Positions 53,190 through 64,000 of a stretch of 64,000 nucleotides of DNA are shown here, one piece after another (position 1 is the stretch's first letter; each line of letters opens with the position of its first letter). The stretch is from positions 94,612,001 to 94,676,000 of the forward strand of contig OZ024746.1 of assembly GCA_964016885.1 (NCBI GenBank). The letters run 5' to 3'. The stretch comes from Eledone cirrhosa. Lineage: Eukaryota. The notes below the pieces were generated by a model that saw only the letters and a program-made list of their open reading frames with translations, was not told the DNA's origin and made no database searches. Position numbers and translations under genes: made by a program.

Positions 53190-55315
53190 CAGACATGCTC
53201 CTGCTTTAACATCGTTTTGCAAGATAATGTCTCTGGCCGGCTCGTAGTGGGCAACGTCTTCCGACAACTTGTAGCCAAGATAGCTTACAAGCCAGTCAAT
53301 GGTGACCTGAGCGAAGCGCTAAACCAGTCACGGGCAACCTGCGCCCCGCGAAGCTTTCTGAATGGCTCACCTAAGTCACCTAAGTGAAATCGTTCTGATT
53401 TTTTTTTTACCCATCTTTTCAGTCGTAATTTATCTTTCTATCATGTTTACGATCGAGGGAAACAAGGTGTACGAATGCTGAAGAAACAAATCAACACAAC
53501 CTGAGTTACCGCCTTTTTTTTTTATTGTGGGCACGAATGTAAATTAGCGCTTGCGGACCGCCTGGTGATGAGCCATATCTCATGCGGCCCGCTTCTCGAA
53601 AAAGGTTGCCCATGCCTGCGCTAGCCCCTGTCCAAGTCAAGTGTGGATGTGTGGCAGCAGCTCATGCGATCAGACACTTTATACTGCATACACCTTCTTC
53701 GTCTCCCCACCTTCCACTGAAGCTGGACATGAGGAAGGCCATCAACAATGTGGGATCACGTCTTAGAGATGTCTTTGACGACCTCTTCTCAATATTCCCT
53801 CTTGCTCACCTCCCGTACGGAACACACAGCGTACTTAAGGCCGTTGAAAACAAGGTCAATTCCGCTACCGGTGTCCAGCAGAAGATGACGTGGCCCATTC
53901 TGCTCGGTCACCCCTCAACATCTGGTATTTGAAAGACGTGACCCTGGCTGGCTCGCCTGAGTCGGTAGTTGAAGACCTTCGGTTAACCATTCCAGCTCTA
54001 AAGTTCCTTGGACTCGAGATCAACTCGTCCAAGTTCGAGGTGATAAATGGTAGCTACGGTGAGGCTGAATTCCACGACACCGAATTCAGCATCCATCCCG
54101 TCTTGTCTGGGGTTCGGCTAACGCCCAAAACGCTGCCTGCATTCTCGACTCTCCAATTCTCTTGAACGCCATAGGAAAGTTCCTAGAGTCCAAGCACACA
54201 GACCTGTTAAAGATGATGGAGAGGTTGCGCCACTCGACGCTTTTCCCCTGAAGAACTATTTCGCCTTTCCTAAATTCTTGTTCACGCTGCGCGGGGCACC
54301 TTGTCACCCTCTCGAAGATCGCCACGGTGAACTCGATGCTACCATCCGACGCTGTGCGCAACTCATCTGCAATGTCAGTTTTGTCAGCACCAGATGGCAA
54401 CAGGTGAAGCTACCTGTGAGGTTCTGTGGCCTCGGCCTCCGATCCGTATCAGATCTAGCACAGCTAGCCTACCTATCCTAAATCTCCTCCAGTCACACCC
54501 GCATCTGCTAGGTCCTCAGCACGGCGCCAGAACGTGCCGTGACCCAAGAACTGGAGCAGACTCTTCCCGACTGGACCAACGAATGCCTCTCCGTCCCCCA
54601 GTATACAAATGTTCAACGTAACAGGGATGATATCACGTGCAGGTCTATATTCAGGTGGATTGAATCGTGTTTGGACCAACACCGCTTCACCTGTTTCCGT
54701 TCCACCTCGCAGCCAAACAGCGGCTCGTGGCTCAATTCGGTGCCCTCCTCATCAACCTCTACCCTTCTTGATGATGAGTGTATTCGTATCAGTGTGGTCC
54801 ACCGCCTCGGCCTCCACGTGTGAGAGCCACATAAATGCCGTTGTGGAGCTGATGTCGAATAGTTCGGCCTGCATCCATTATTATGCCTCTAGAACGTAAG
54901 CCGGTTTCTTTGAAATGCCGCTCTCAACCACATAATGAGAAGGAGTCAGGACGTAGCCCACTCCCCGTCACAACTGGAGCCAGTATGCCTCGACTGTGGT
55001 GACGGCAAACGCCCCGACGGAATTACCCACTTCTCTTTCGAAGGAGGTAAATCCCTCCTCTGTTACGCTATATGCTGTGCCACGTTCTCTGCCTCAATCT
55101 TTGACGCCTCGGCCACGAATCCCGGTATAGCGGCTCGCAGCGCAGGGGGCAGGAATACAAGCAAATGCCAGAGCTTGTCCATTCACTTCCTCTTTGCACG
55201 AGTCATTCGTCGAGAACTCGGGCGTCCACGGACCCCGGACAACTGATCTCTTCCGTAAAATCGCATCTATATCAGCTCGTTTGAGGAGGGAGCCCCCGCG
55301 AACAGTCACTAATGA
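53190..55315 (+). pseudogene. Decayed CRE-clade non-LTR retrotransposon (RT + zinc knuckle + RLE)
   Basis: VGNVFRQLVAK, KLDMRKAINNV, SATGVQQ, NIWYLKDVTL, LGLEINSSK, LPVRFCGLGLR, SGSWLNSVP, HKCRCG..GLHPLLC, LEP..DGKRPDGIT. Confidence 0.85.
53325..53618. mobile_element. hAT-type MITE nested in the CRE RT
   Basis: TIR CAGTCACGGGCAACCT / AGGTTGCCCATGCCTG; 8-bp TSD CGCTAAAC / CGCTAGCC. Confidence 0.85.
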
Positions 55316-55324
55316 CAGAGGCGC

Positions 55325-55480
55325 AAGCTCTCCTACCCCGATGTGATCTCCAGAGATTCTGGTATTGAAATCCGGGACTTGGCAACGGCAATGAACGACA
55401 GACCCACGTGGAGATCAATTGCTGAGTCCATTTCGGCTGAGGCCGCCGGATGATAATGATGATGATGATGATGATGATAG
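55325..55480 (+). mobile_element. RTE-clade LINE 3' tip with (GAT)n tail
   Basis: YPDVISRDSGIEIRDLATAMNDRPTWR..*, then (GAT)n. Confidence 0.7.
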
Positions 55481-57034
55481 CTTAATGATATTTATACATA
55501 CACACACGACTGCGTGCGCAGGCACTACATTGCAATTGCCACTATTGTGAACTCATTCTTTTTCTGACCCTCACTGGTTTATTTCACTTCATCGCTGTCA
55601 TCCGACACTCCTCTGATTGTTTATAGTCTGTACGTCTTTCTCTGTGTGGTCTTTCACAAAACCTATTCCAAACTCTTGATAATATGTTGATCACAAGTTA
55701 ACTTTGTGACTATATCATAATTTATGATTACATTCCAGTCATGTAGAAACGCCACACTGACGGCTTTGAAACCCCCAAGGGTTAACATTCTGACGGCTAA
55801 TAGATTAAAGCACAGTCGAATTTTAAGTACTACAATAGTTTGATTGGTGGCACAATTACAGAAATTTGTACGAATTACTGGAGTGCGTGTTTTTACGAGA
55901 AAAATATACTTCCTAATGGCACACGAAGAAAATTTGGTGCCAGTGTCAATAAGGTTTGTTTCTAGTTAAGATTTATTGCCAAAAGCTATCTCCATGAGCA
56001 AAAGAAAACAAATTCTTTATGAGTTCAGATGCAATATAATCGGTGTGTGGATAATCTGATGTTATTTATTCCAAATAGTTGGTGTTTCATACAATTGGCA
56101 GTAAATGTAAAGATACAATGAAAGGGGCAGTACATTATTTGAAGTGATTTGCGGAATATGTTGGATGGTAAACAAACACATGCTTCTGATTTCTTTGTAC
56201 GAGAAAACAACTACGATAATCGCTAAACACGACTGTAGTATATAATGTAAAAATGTCCATCAACCACATAACTATCAATAACAGAAGAAGAAGTTTATCA
56301 TTTGAGGAACAGGTTAGGTTTCACTTTTAAATGTTTTATTGTATATCAAATGTTACAAATATTTCACAGATGATTGAGACACGAGTTCGAAACCCACCAG
56401 CTGCTGGTTTCTCATTGATTGAAATAAACAGAAAACTTTGCGTATTTGTTTTTATCTTATCAGATAGGTAGGTTCAACTCTAGTGAGCTCTGAAACCGTT
56501 AGTCTCACCTATCATCCAGACTTCATTCACTTAAGACATATTCCAGCTATAACGGTGAAATCGTTACAGCTTTAGAGGAATCTCACACTTTTTTTCTTTC
56601 TCTCTAGCTGAAAAATTCCCTTTTCCCATCGCTTTTTTTCTTTCTATCTCTAATCTATTCTTTTTTTATTTATTCTTCTCCTCTATTTTTTAATTCTAAT
56701 AAACTAGTTTTTGTCGAGCATGACTTATTTTATTGTCACTATCTCACGTTTCTTCTTCCAACCACACTTTCTCCTTACTACTTCTTTTATCTTCAATGAC
56801 TTTATTTCTATATCTTGTTCTTTGTTCTGTTTTATATTTTGTGTTCTAATTTTTTTTCTATATTTTCTTTTTCTACTCATATATCTCACGCTTTTCGTTC
56901 CATTTTCCTCTTGTCAATGATCTGTCATTGTCGACTTGTATAGTCATCGCGAGTCATCTGTAGGAGAGGGAGAAAAGAGTCGAGAATAATAATGAATAAT
57001 GTGTCCTATTTGAAAAAAAAAAAAAAGCTTTCTG

Positions 57035-59260
57035 AATCTGCCTAGACCCTATTGTTCTCACATTGACAACATCAAGAGTTGTGGAGCAAGTTTAAACAAT
57101 TTCAAACTTCGCCTCTCGTTTGTTACCTCTGATCCTTAGGGTCAGATTGACCAGATACTTTCATACATCCTACACCTGTAATATTCCTTCTTAGAAGTTT
57201 CAGCAAAAGCGAAGCTAATGCAGTTAGCATCAGCAAAGTCTTCGATTGTATCTGGCATAAGAACCTAGCATGGCTACACCTGTCTCTCATCTCTTTTATC
57301 AGAACTTAGAACACTCCATTGCATCGTATACCTGTGCAGCTATCCTCTAGCCACACTCTCTCAACTCTGGTGTGCATCAAATTTCAAGTGTGTCTCACAC
57401 CATACGTACATTAACGACATTTTGGCTATCACTTATAACAACACACACTTCTAGGCAGCTGCTACCCCCTACATTACAATTTCATCTTCTGCACAAGAGT
57501 GTCATCCATACATGACATATACACCTTCATCAGACATTTACGCCAAGAACAGAGAGGTCGAAAATACCCTTCAATGTGGACATAGCGGCCTCGTCTCTTT
57601 CACCAACTTCAAGATACAGTCACTAAATACATCTATGAAACAGCTTTATACTACATTCCCTCTCCACAGGAACAACACGCAAAGATCTCACAAAGGTCAC
57701 ACATTTGTCCAAAAATTTAAACTTTCTTTTTAAGGTCACATAATAATTCCACCCTGATCTGTTAGTCAAATTACAATACAGTTCATTTAACTTGGACGGT
57801 GCCGCTGGTACCGACACAAACTTCCTAGACGGCACCAAAAATGTGGCCATTAGACTGATTGACATAGAGCCAGCTAAAATGTGGCCATTTGACTGATTGA
57901 CATAGAGATACCTAAAATGTGACTATTTGACTGATTGACATAGAGACAACTAAAATGTGGCCATTTGACTGGTTGACATAGAGATACCTAAAATGTGACT
58001 ATTTGACTGATTGACATAGAGATACCTAAAATGTGGCCATTTGACTGATTGACATAGAGACAACTAAAATGTGGCCATTTGACTGATTGACATAGAGATA
58101 CCTAAAATGTGACTATTTGACTGATTGACATAGAGATACCTAAAATGTGGCCATTTGACTGATTGACATAGAGACATCTAAAATGTCACCATTTGACTGA
58201 TTGACATAGAGATACCTAAAATGTGGCCATTTGACTGATTGACATAGAGATATCTAAAATGTCACCATTTGACTGATTGACATAGAGATACCTAAAATGT
58301 GGCCATTTGACTGATTGACATAGAGACATCTAAAATGTCACCATTTGACTGATTGACATAGAGACAACTAAAATGTGGCCATTTGACTGATTGACATAGA
58401 GATACCTAAAATGTCACCATTTGACTGATTGACATAGAGTCAGCTAAAATGTGGCCATTTGACTGATTGACATAGAGACACCTAAAATGTGGCCATTTGA
58501 CTGATTGACATAGAGTCAGCTAAAATGTGGCCATTTGACTGATTGACATAGAGACACCTAAAATGTGGCCATTTAACTGATTGACATAAAGACAACTAAA
58601 ATGTGGCCATTTGACTGATTGACATAGAGACACCTAAAATGTGGCCATTTAACTGATTGACATAAAGACAACTAAAATGTGGCCATTTGACTGATTGACA
58701 TAGAGATACCTAAAATGTCACCATTTGACTGATTGACATAGAGTCAGCTAAAATGTGGCCATTTGACTGATTGACATAGAGACACCTAAAATGTGGCCAT
58801 TTAACTGATTGACATAAAGACAACTAAAATGTGGCCATTTGACTGATTGACATAGAGACACCTAAAATGTGGCCATTTAACTGATTGACATAAAGACAAC
58901 TAAAATGTGGCCATTTGACTGATTGACATAGAGATACCTAAAATGTGACCATTTGACTGATTGACATAGAGACAACTAAAATGTGGCCATTTGACTGATT
59001 GACATAGAGATACCTAAAATGTGGCCATTTGACTGTGCTACCGTCTTTTCGCATTCAAAGACGGGCGATGTGTTGGTGTAAATGGTATCACAGTGGTCCG
59101 GATAACCAAAGATGTGGGTTTCACTCCCATGTACGTCAATGCTCATCTTTTTCCATTTCTCCGAGGGTTCTTAACCCCACTATCAGGCTAAATAATTTCT
59201 TTAATTTCTTTAGTCAAAATACGGCGATAGCTAACATTTCTAATAATTTCAAATCAACTC
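57035..59260 (+). pseudogene. Highly decayed CR1/L2-group LINE ORF2, interrupted by a satellite
   Basis: ISKVFDCIWH (~D.SKAFD.VWH), INDIL, LVSFTNFKIQ, QYSSFNLDGAA..FLDGTKNVAIRLID; weak similarity continues after 59035. Confidence 0.55.
57836..59035. repeat. 38-bp tandem repeat, ~31 copies
   Basis: CTAAAATGTGGCCATTTGACTGATTGACATAGAGA(T/C)A(C/A) at 57912, 57950 and onward. Confidence 0.97.
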
Positions 59261-59288
59261 CCTGTTTCGAAAATATTCTTACTTAATA

Positions 59289-59369
<81 letters not shown>

Positions 59370-59511
59370 GGTGTGGGTGTGTGGGTGTGTGTGTGTATGT
59401 GTGTGGGTGTGTGTGTGTGTGTGTGTAAAAGGTAAACAGAGATAACAAGACAATCGGTATAGTAAATGGAAGGGATATATTAGGTTAACGCTTGATATAG
59501 CAGGAAGAGGG

Positions 59512-59547
59512 TCTTAACGTTTCGGACGCTAGTCCTTCATCAGAAGA
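59512..59547 (-). ncRNA. Minimal hammerhead ribozyme in pLTR fragment (59465-59570)
   Basis: Minus: TCTT-CTGATGA-A-GGAC-TAGC-GTCC-GAAA-CG-T-T-AAGA. Confidence 0.8.
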
Positions 59548-60297
59548 AGAATGATGAGGGGACGGGCGGGATGAAATTGGAAAATATGTCTTTAGCTAAA
59601 AATAACAGGTCCATCCATTCATGTTGACATCTATTTGATTTGTACAGAACTTTACCCTCTTTTAATCTATACAAGTGTGAGTGTGTGACCTTTCCATGAT
59701 CTGAAGTATCTACAAGTGACCAACCCCGTTCATTTTTAGGTTTGGATGAATGGAAGTTAGGATTTTTCAGGCTCTTTTCAAAGAAGTAACTACGACCAGA
59801 AATCTAACCTAGAACGTTGATTGGTTCCGAATGTTAACCTCATAAGTTAGCAACCACACGGTAAGCTTAATTTTTATTTCATTCATTGTCACTCATCTAT
59901 CTGTGAAGAGGTTATGTTTCGTTAGCTTTCGGCAGTGAGGTGAAGTCCTCTTATGGTAGTGGATGACGTTGAAAATGAGAAGTCATTCTGGTGTGTTGTA
60001 TCCCAGACATCCTGAAATCAACAGAAGCACCAGGGGCTCTCTTTTCTTACGAAACGCTCAAACAGTATAAACAAGTGAAAAAGACGAAGAAAGAAACAAC
60101 GAAAGAAGATACGAAGAAATTATAATAATGTCTTAACATACATAAAAGTTGCAAAACTTGGAAATAGGCCATTGACGTCTGGAAGAAAAGAAAGAAGCAA
60201 CGAATGTTAAATAGAGAGGGGGGGGGGGGGGGGAATAAAAAGGGAGGGATGTTATAAAAAGATGATGAGATAAAGAAACTGAGAACTAGGATGGAGA

Positions 60298-60365
<68 letters not shown>

Positions 60366-60398
60366 ACATTTATATATATATTTATATACATATACATT

Positions 60399-60448
<50 letters not shown>

Positions 60449-60718
60449 CATATATACATATATATATATACATTTATATATATATACATTTATATATATA
60501 TACACATTTATATATATATATTTATATATATATACATTTATATATATATACAACATTTATATATTTATATATATATTTATACATATACATTTATATATAT
60601 ATAAATATATATATACATATACATTTATATATATACATATACATTTATATATATACATATACATGTTTATGTATATATATACATATACATTTATATATAT
60701 ACATATACATTTATATGC

Positions 60719-60844
<126 letters not shown>

Positions 60845-62039
60845 GGTAGAAAGGAGAAAAGAAAATGCGGAAGAAACGGCGAGAAATGAAGTTGGAAATG
60901 GAATGAAAAATAATAATAAAAAAAATGAAATACAAGAAAAAAACCAGGTGTAACTGGGTAAAAAGAAAAAAGTAACATAGAAAAGAAAGAGAGAAAAAAG
61001 AGAAATGAAGGAATAAAGAAGAAAAGAAATAAGAAGTTGTTGGTGTAGAATTAGCGCTATAAACCACATATATATAAATATAAAGCCAAATTAGAGTTGC
61101 CAAAGTCGGGATATAAATATGTCAGTTTTACGATATTCCAAGGTGACTGGAGATCTAGGCTTCAGCTTTCTGCTTCTTCTTTTTGCTGTGGATTCTTTTT
61201 TTTTTTTATTTTATTTCATTTTCTTTTTTTTTTTTCTGCTGTTGTTTTTGTTTTAATGGCCGTTATTTTTCCTTGCATTGCTGAAGTGGTTGTCGTAACA
61301 CACTTGATAAGGAATCAAACTCCGGAAGTATGTAATGTCGGCTTTCAACCCTATTCAGGTCCTACTATATACGATAAGAGTTTTTGAAAAAAAATTATAT
61401 ACAGAAATAATTAATCTCTTTAATTAATGTTTAGCGCCAAAAGATTTACTTTTGTCAAAATATGTGAAATACCTTTGACATACAGAAATAAATATATGTA
61501 ACCCTAGTTGAAAAAGAGTCGTGTGTAAAAGTGAGTAAAACACTTAAGTTTTTAAGGGGGTTGTTTTAGAATTAACAGATTCATGCTGTCAATAATGACG
61601 ACAATAGCGTTGAACGCATTTAATTTTGGGAGACCGGGATTACTGGATATATGAGCAATCATAAAAACTCTGAAATGTTCGTTTTCATAGAGCAATGGTT
61701 TGTATAAGGGAAACTCTATAGTTTAATTTGATTAATGATACGTGGATGTGATTAAAAATTTGAAAAAAAAAGTATTTTAGTAATTCATTTCAAGACGTTA
61801 ATTACATAAGTGTTCAGCATATATGTGTAAATGATATAAAAGGCTGAATGTATGTGGAACGTTATCAAAATAACTATTTACATGAACACGTTTGGGGTTA
61901 CGTAAGACAAAGGACCTTGTGAGTGAAAAGCAAACCTCTTATTGTAGCAACATGACTTATATATATATATATATATATATATAATTCGGATTTGAATTTG
62001 TTCTGCAGGATTTCTTATCAGAAAAAGTCTGTTGAAACA

Positions 62040-62385
62040 GATATTGTTACACTTTGGGAGGGTCATGCAACACTCAAAAACAAAATGGTGTACTACAAAA
62101 CAAAGGAGGGACAAAAATAAAAACCCACTTACTGTCAAGGTCACAATGTGTGACAAAAGAGTATGATAATATATAAACAACCATATGGTTAACGAAACAA
62201 CCAACAGGAAATTTATAATAGATTGAAGTGAAAACCAACAGGTATATATATATATATTGTTGTACTTTGGGAGGGTCATGCTGCCAATAAAAACACACGC
62301 ACCCTTTTTGGTTTTCACTTCAATATAATATAAATTTCCTGTTGGTTGGTTCGTTAACCAGATGGTTGTTTATATATTATCAAAA
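62040..62385. mobile_element. Short dispersed element with direct and inverted partial copies
   Basis: IR 62164-62238 / 62308-62382; direct repeat CTTTGGGAGGGTCATGC at ~62052 and ~62265; paralog at ~13790-13917. Confidence 0.65.
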
Positions 62386-62879
62386 CATTCTATATATATA
62401 TATATATATATAATTGAATATTGATTAGTCTCCAGTACTTAAATAAATCGATAAAATATCAATCAGAGAAGCAATATTACATATTTTATTTAAGTGAAAC
62501 AATTCTATTTGTATGCATATGAGCCAGATAGACCAAAAATAGTTTTATCTATCTCACTTCTATATCGATCTCTCTACCATGCTTTAATTTGTGGAAGAAG
62601 CAACTATTGGAATAACCAATATTTGAAGAATCCACAAATTCGTCAGGGGAGTATTCTTCAATTCAAAGTAACGATAATGATTATGTGAATCTACATACTG
62701 TTGCCGAGGTCGTGTAATTGAACCGTTACATTAACAAATATCTATTAATATTAGGACTACGTAACAGGCTTAAAATACCGCTAGTAATAGCAGCCAAAAG
62801 ACCGTCTGACACAGCTCAACACACGCACACATACATATACATGTGGTCTTTTCCCATCCTCAATGTTGAGGGTCGGTGA

Positions 62880-63400
62880 CCATGGACAATAGCAAACGCC
62901 CCGACGGGTTTACCCTCTTCCTATTCAGAGGAGGTAGATCTCTCATCTGAGACTCCACATGTTGTGACACATTCTCAGCCTCCAACTTAGTCACTTTGGC
63001 CACAAACCCCGGTACTGCGTCTCGCAATGCTGAGGAAAGGTAAAGAAATAAATACCAGGTCTTGTCCAACCGCTCCCTCTTTGCACCGGTCGCCATGGAG
63101 ACCTCAGGTGTCCTCGGGCCCCGGACTGCAGAGCTCATCCGTAAGACCGACACGTCAGCAGGAAGGAGACCCGCGAGCTGGGTTGGCTGTTGCAGCGAGT
63201 GTCACCGGTCATTGACCGACGAAATACCTTTGCAGTTTTGTCAGCACCACCCTACGCCCAGGTCTTAACACCTTCTTCCTTCCCCTCTCTTTCTTCTGCG
63301 GCCCCAAACTACTTGTCTTTTCCCTCCTTTTCCTCTTATTTATGGTTTAAGAGTCCTTTCCTCTACTTTTCCATACAGCCAAATCTGCCCTTCTTTGCTT
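62880..63400 (+). pseudogene. CRE-clade RLE domain and 3' UTR fragment
   Basis: KRPDGFTLFLFRGGRSLI*DSTCCDTFS..AEER*RNKYQVLSNRSLFAPVAMETSGVLGPRT. Confidence 0.85.
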
Positions 63401-64000
63401 CTTAATTATCCTGTGATGCTCTCTCCACCGCCTGAGAACTTGCCAATGACTCAATGCATAAACATGTGGTAAATATCACATTATTCGAAATTTAATAGAT
63501 TTTCTATGTGGTACTTCACTCAGTCTTTCATGCACGAGCTTGTATAAAAATGATGGATATAATTGCCTAACAGGATATAAATTTTCGATAAGCATTTTAT
63601 TTGTTGTTTTGAGCGTTGTTAGTACAATATAATTAGTTGCTTGGTGCATTTGTACCAAGCAGTATTGTCTATACTGGTTGGAATTTTATAAAATTTGTGG
63701 AAAGTTTCACTGTTAGAGAAAAGAGGAACATTTTAAATTGTTATTTAATACCAGGTCAACATTTATCACGTAGACCTATTCCTAAAGACATTCCAGTTAC
63801 AACCATCATGTAGTTATATGAATATTGAAGAAAACATCTAAAATTTGTGTTTCCTTATATAATACTGTATGGTGTAATTTGAGAGGAATTTAGCTGTTAT
63901 TTCTAGCTAGTCAGTTGTTCGGCGTATTAGATACCCACCTCCTATGATGCTATAATTGACAGAATCGTTAGAACGTCGGATAGAATACTTTGCCGTATTC

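Noticed and set aside
57836-59035. 38-bp repeats (also the 67- and 33-bp arrays) as CRISPR arrays
   Set aside because: Units are contiguous with no unique spacers, there are no cas genes, and the context is eukaryotic
59920-60013. Possible host exon on the minus strand after TTCTGTTGATTTCAG
   Set aside because: All three frames stop within about 30 codons, the peptide is unrecognisable, and a single acceptor-like motif is insufficient

Overview
AT-rich, microsatellite-dense eukaryotic DNA. The SINE families and TTAGGG repeats point to a cephalopod (octopus-like) genome; this is an inference. I could not recognise an intact host protein-coding gene, and nearly all ORF-track entries are simple-repeat or decayed-transposon artefacts. 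The window is a mosaic of mobile DNA: two groups of tRNA-derived SINEs; decayed L1/Tx1, RTE, CR1-like and CRE-clade LINEs; hAT and Tc1/pogo-type MITEs; a Chapaev3-type DNA transposon retaining both TIRs and its TTA TSD; and several satellites (15, 33, 38 and 67 bp units). The main hidden signal is about a dozen type I hammerhead ribozyme folds (CUGANGA...GAAA...NUH). They lie in short non-coding elements in or beside (TA)n/(CA)n tracts, often in inverted or partial-tandem arrangement. This matches Penelope-like pseudo-LTRs and retrozymes. All folds were read by eye, and boundaries are approximate unless a TIR or TSD is quoted.
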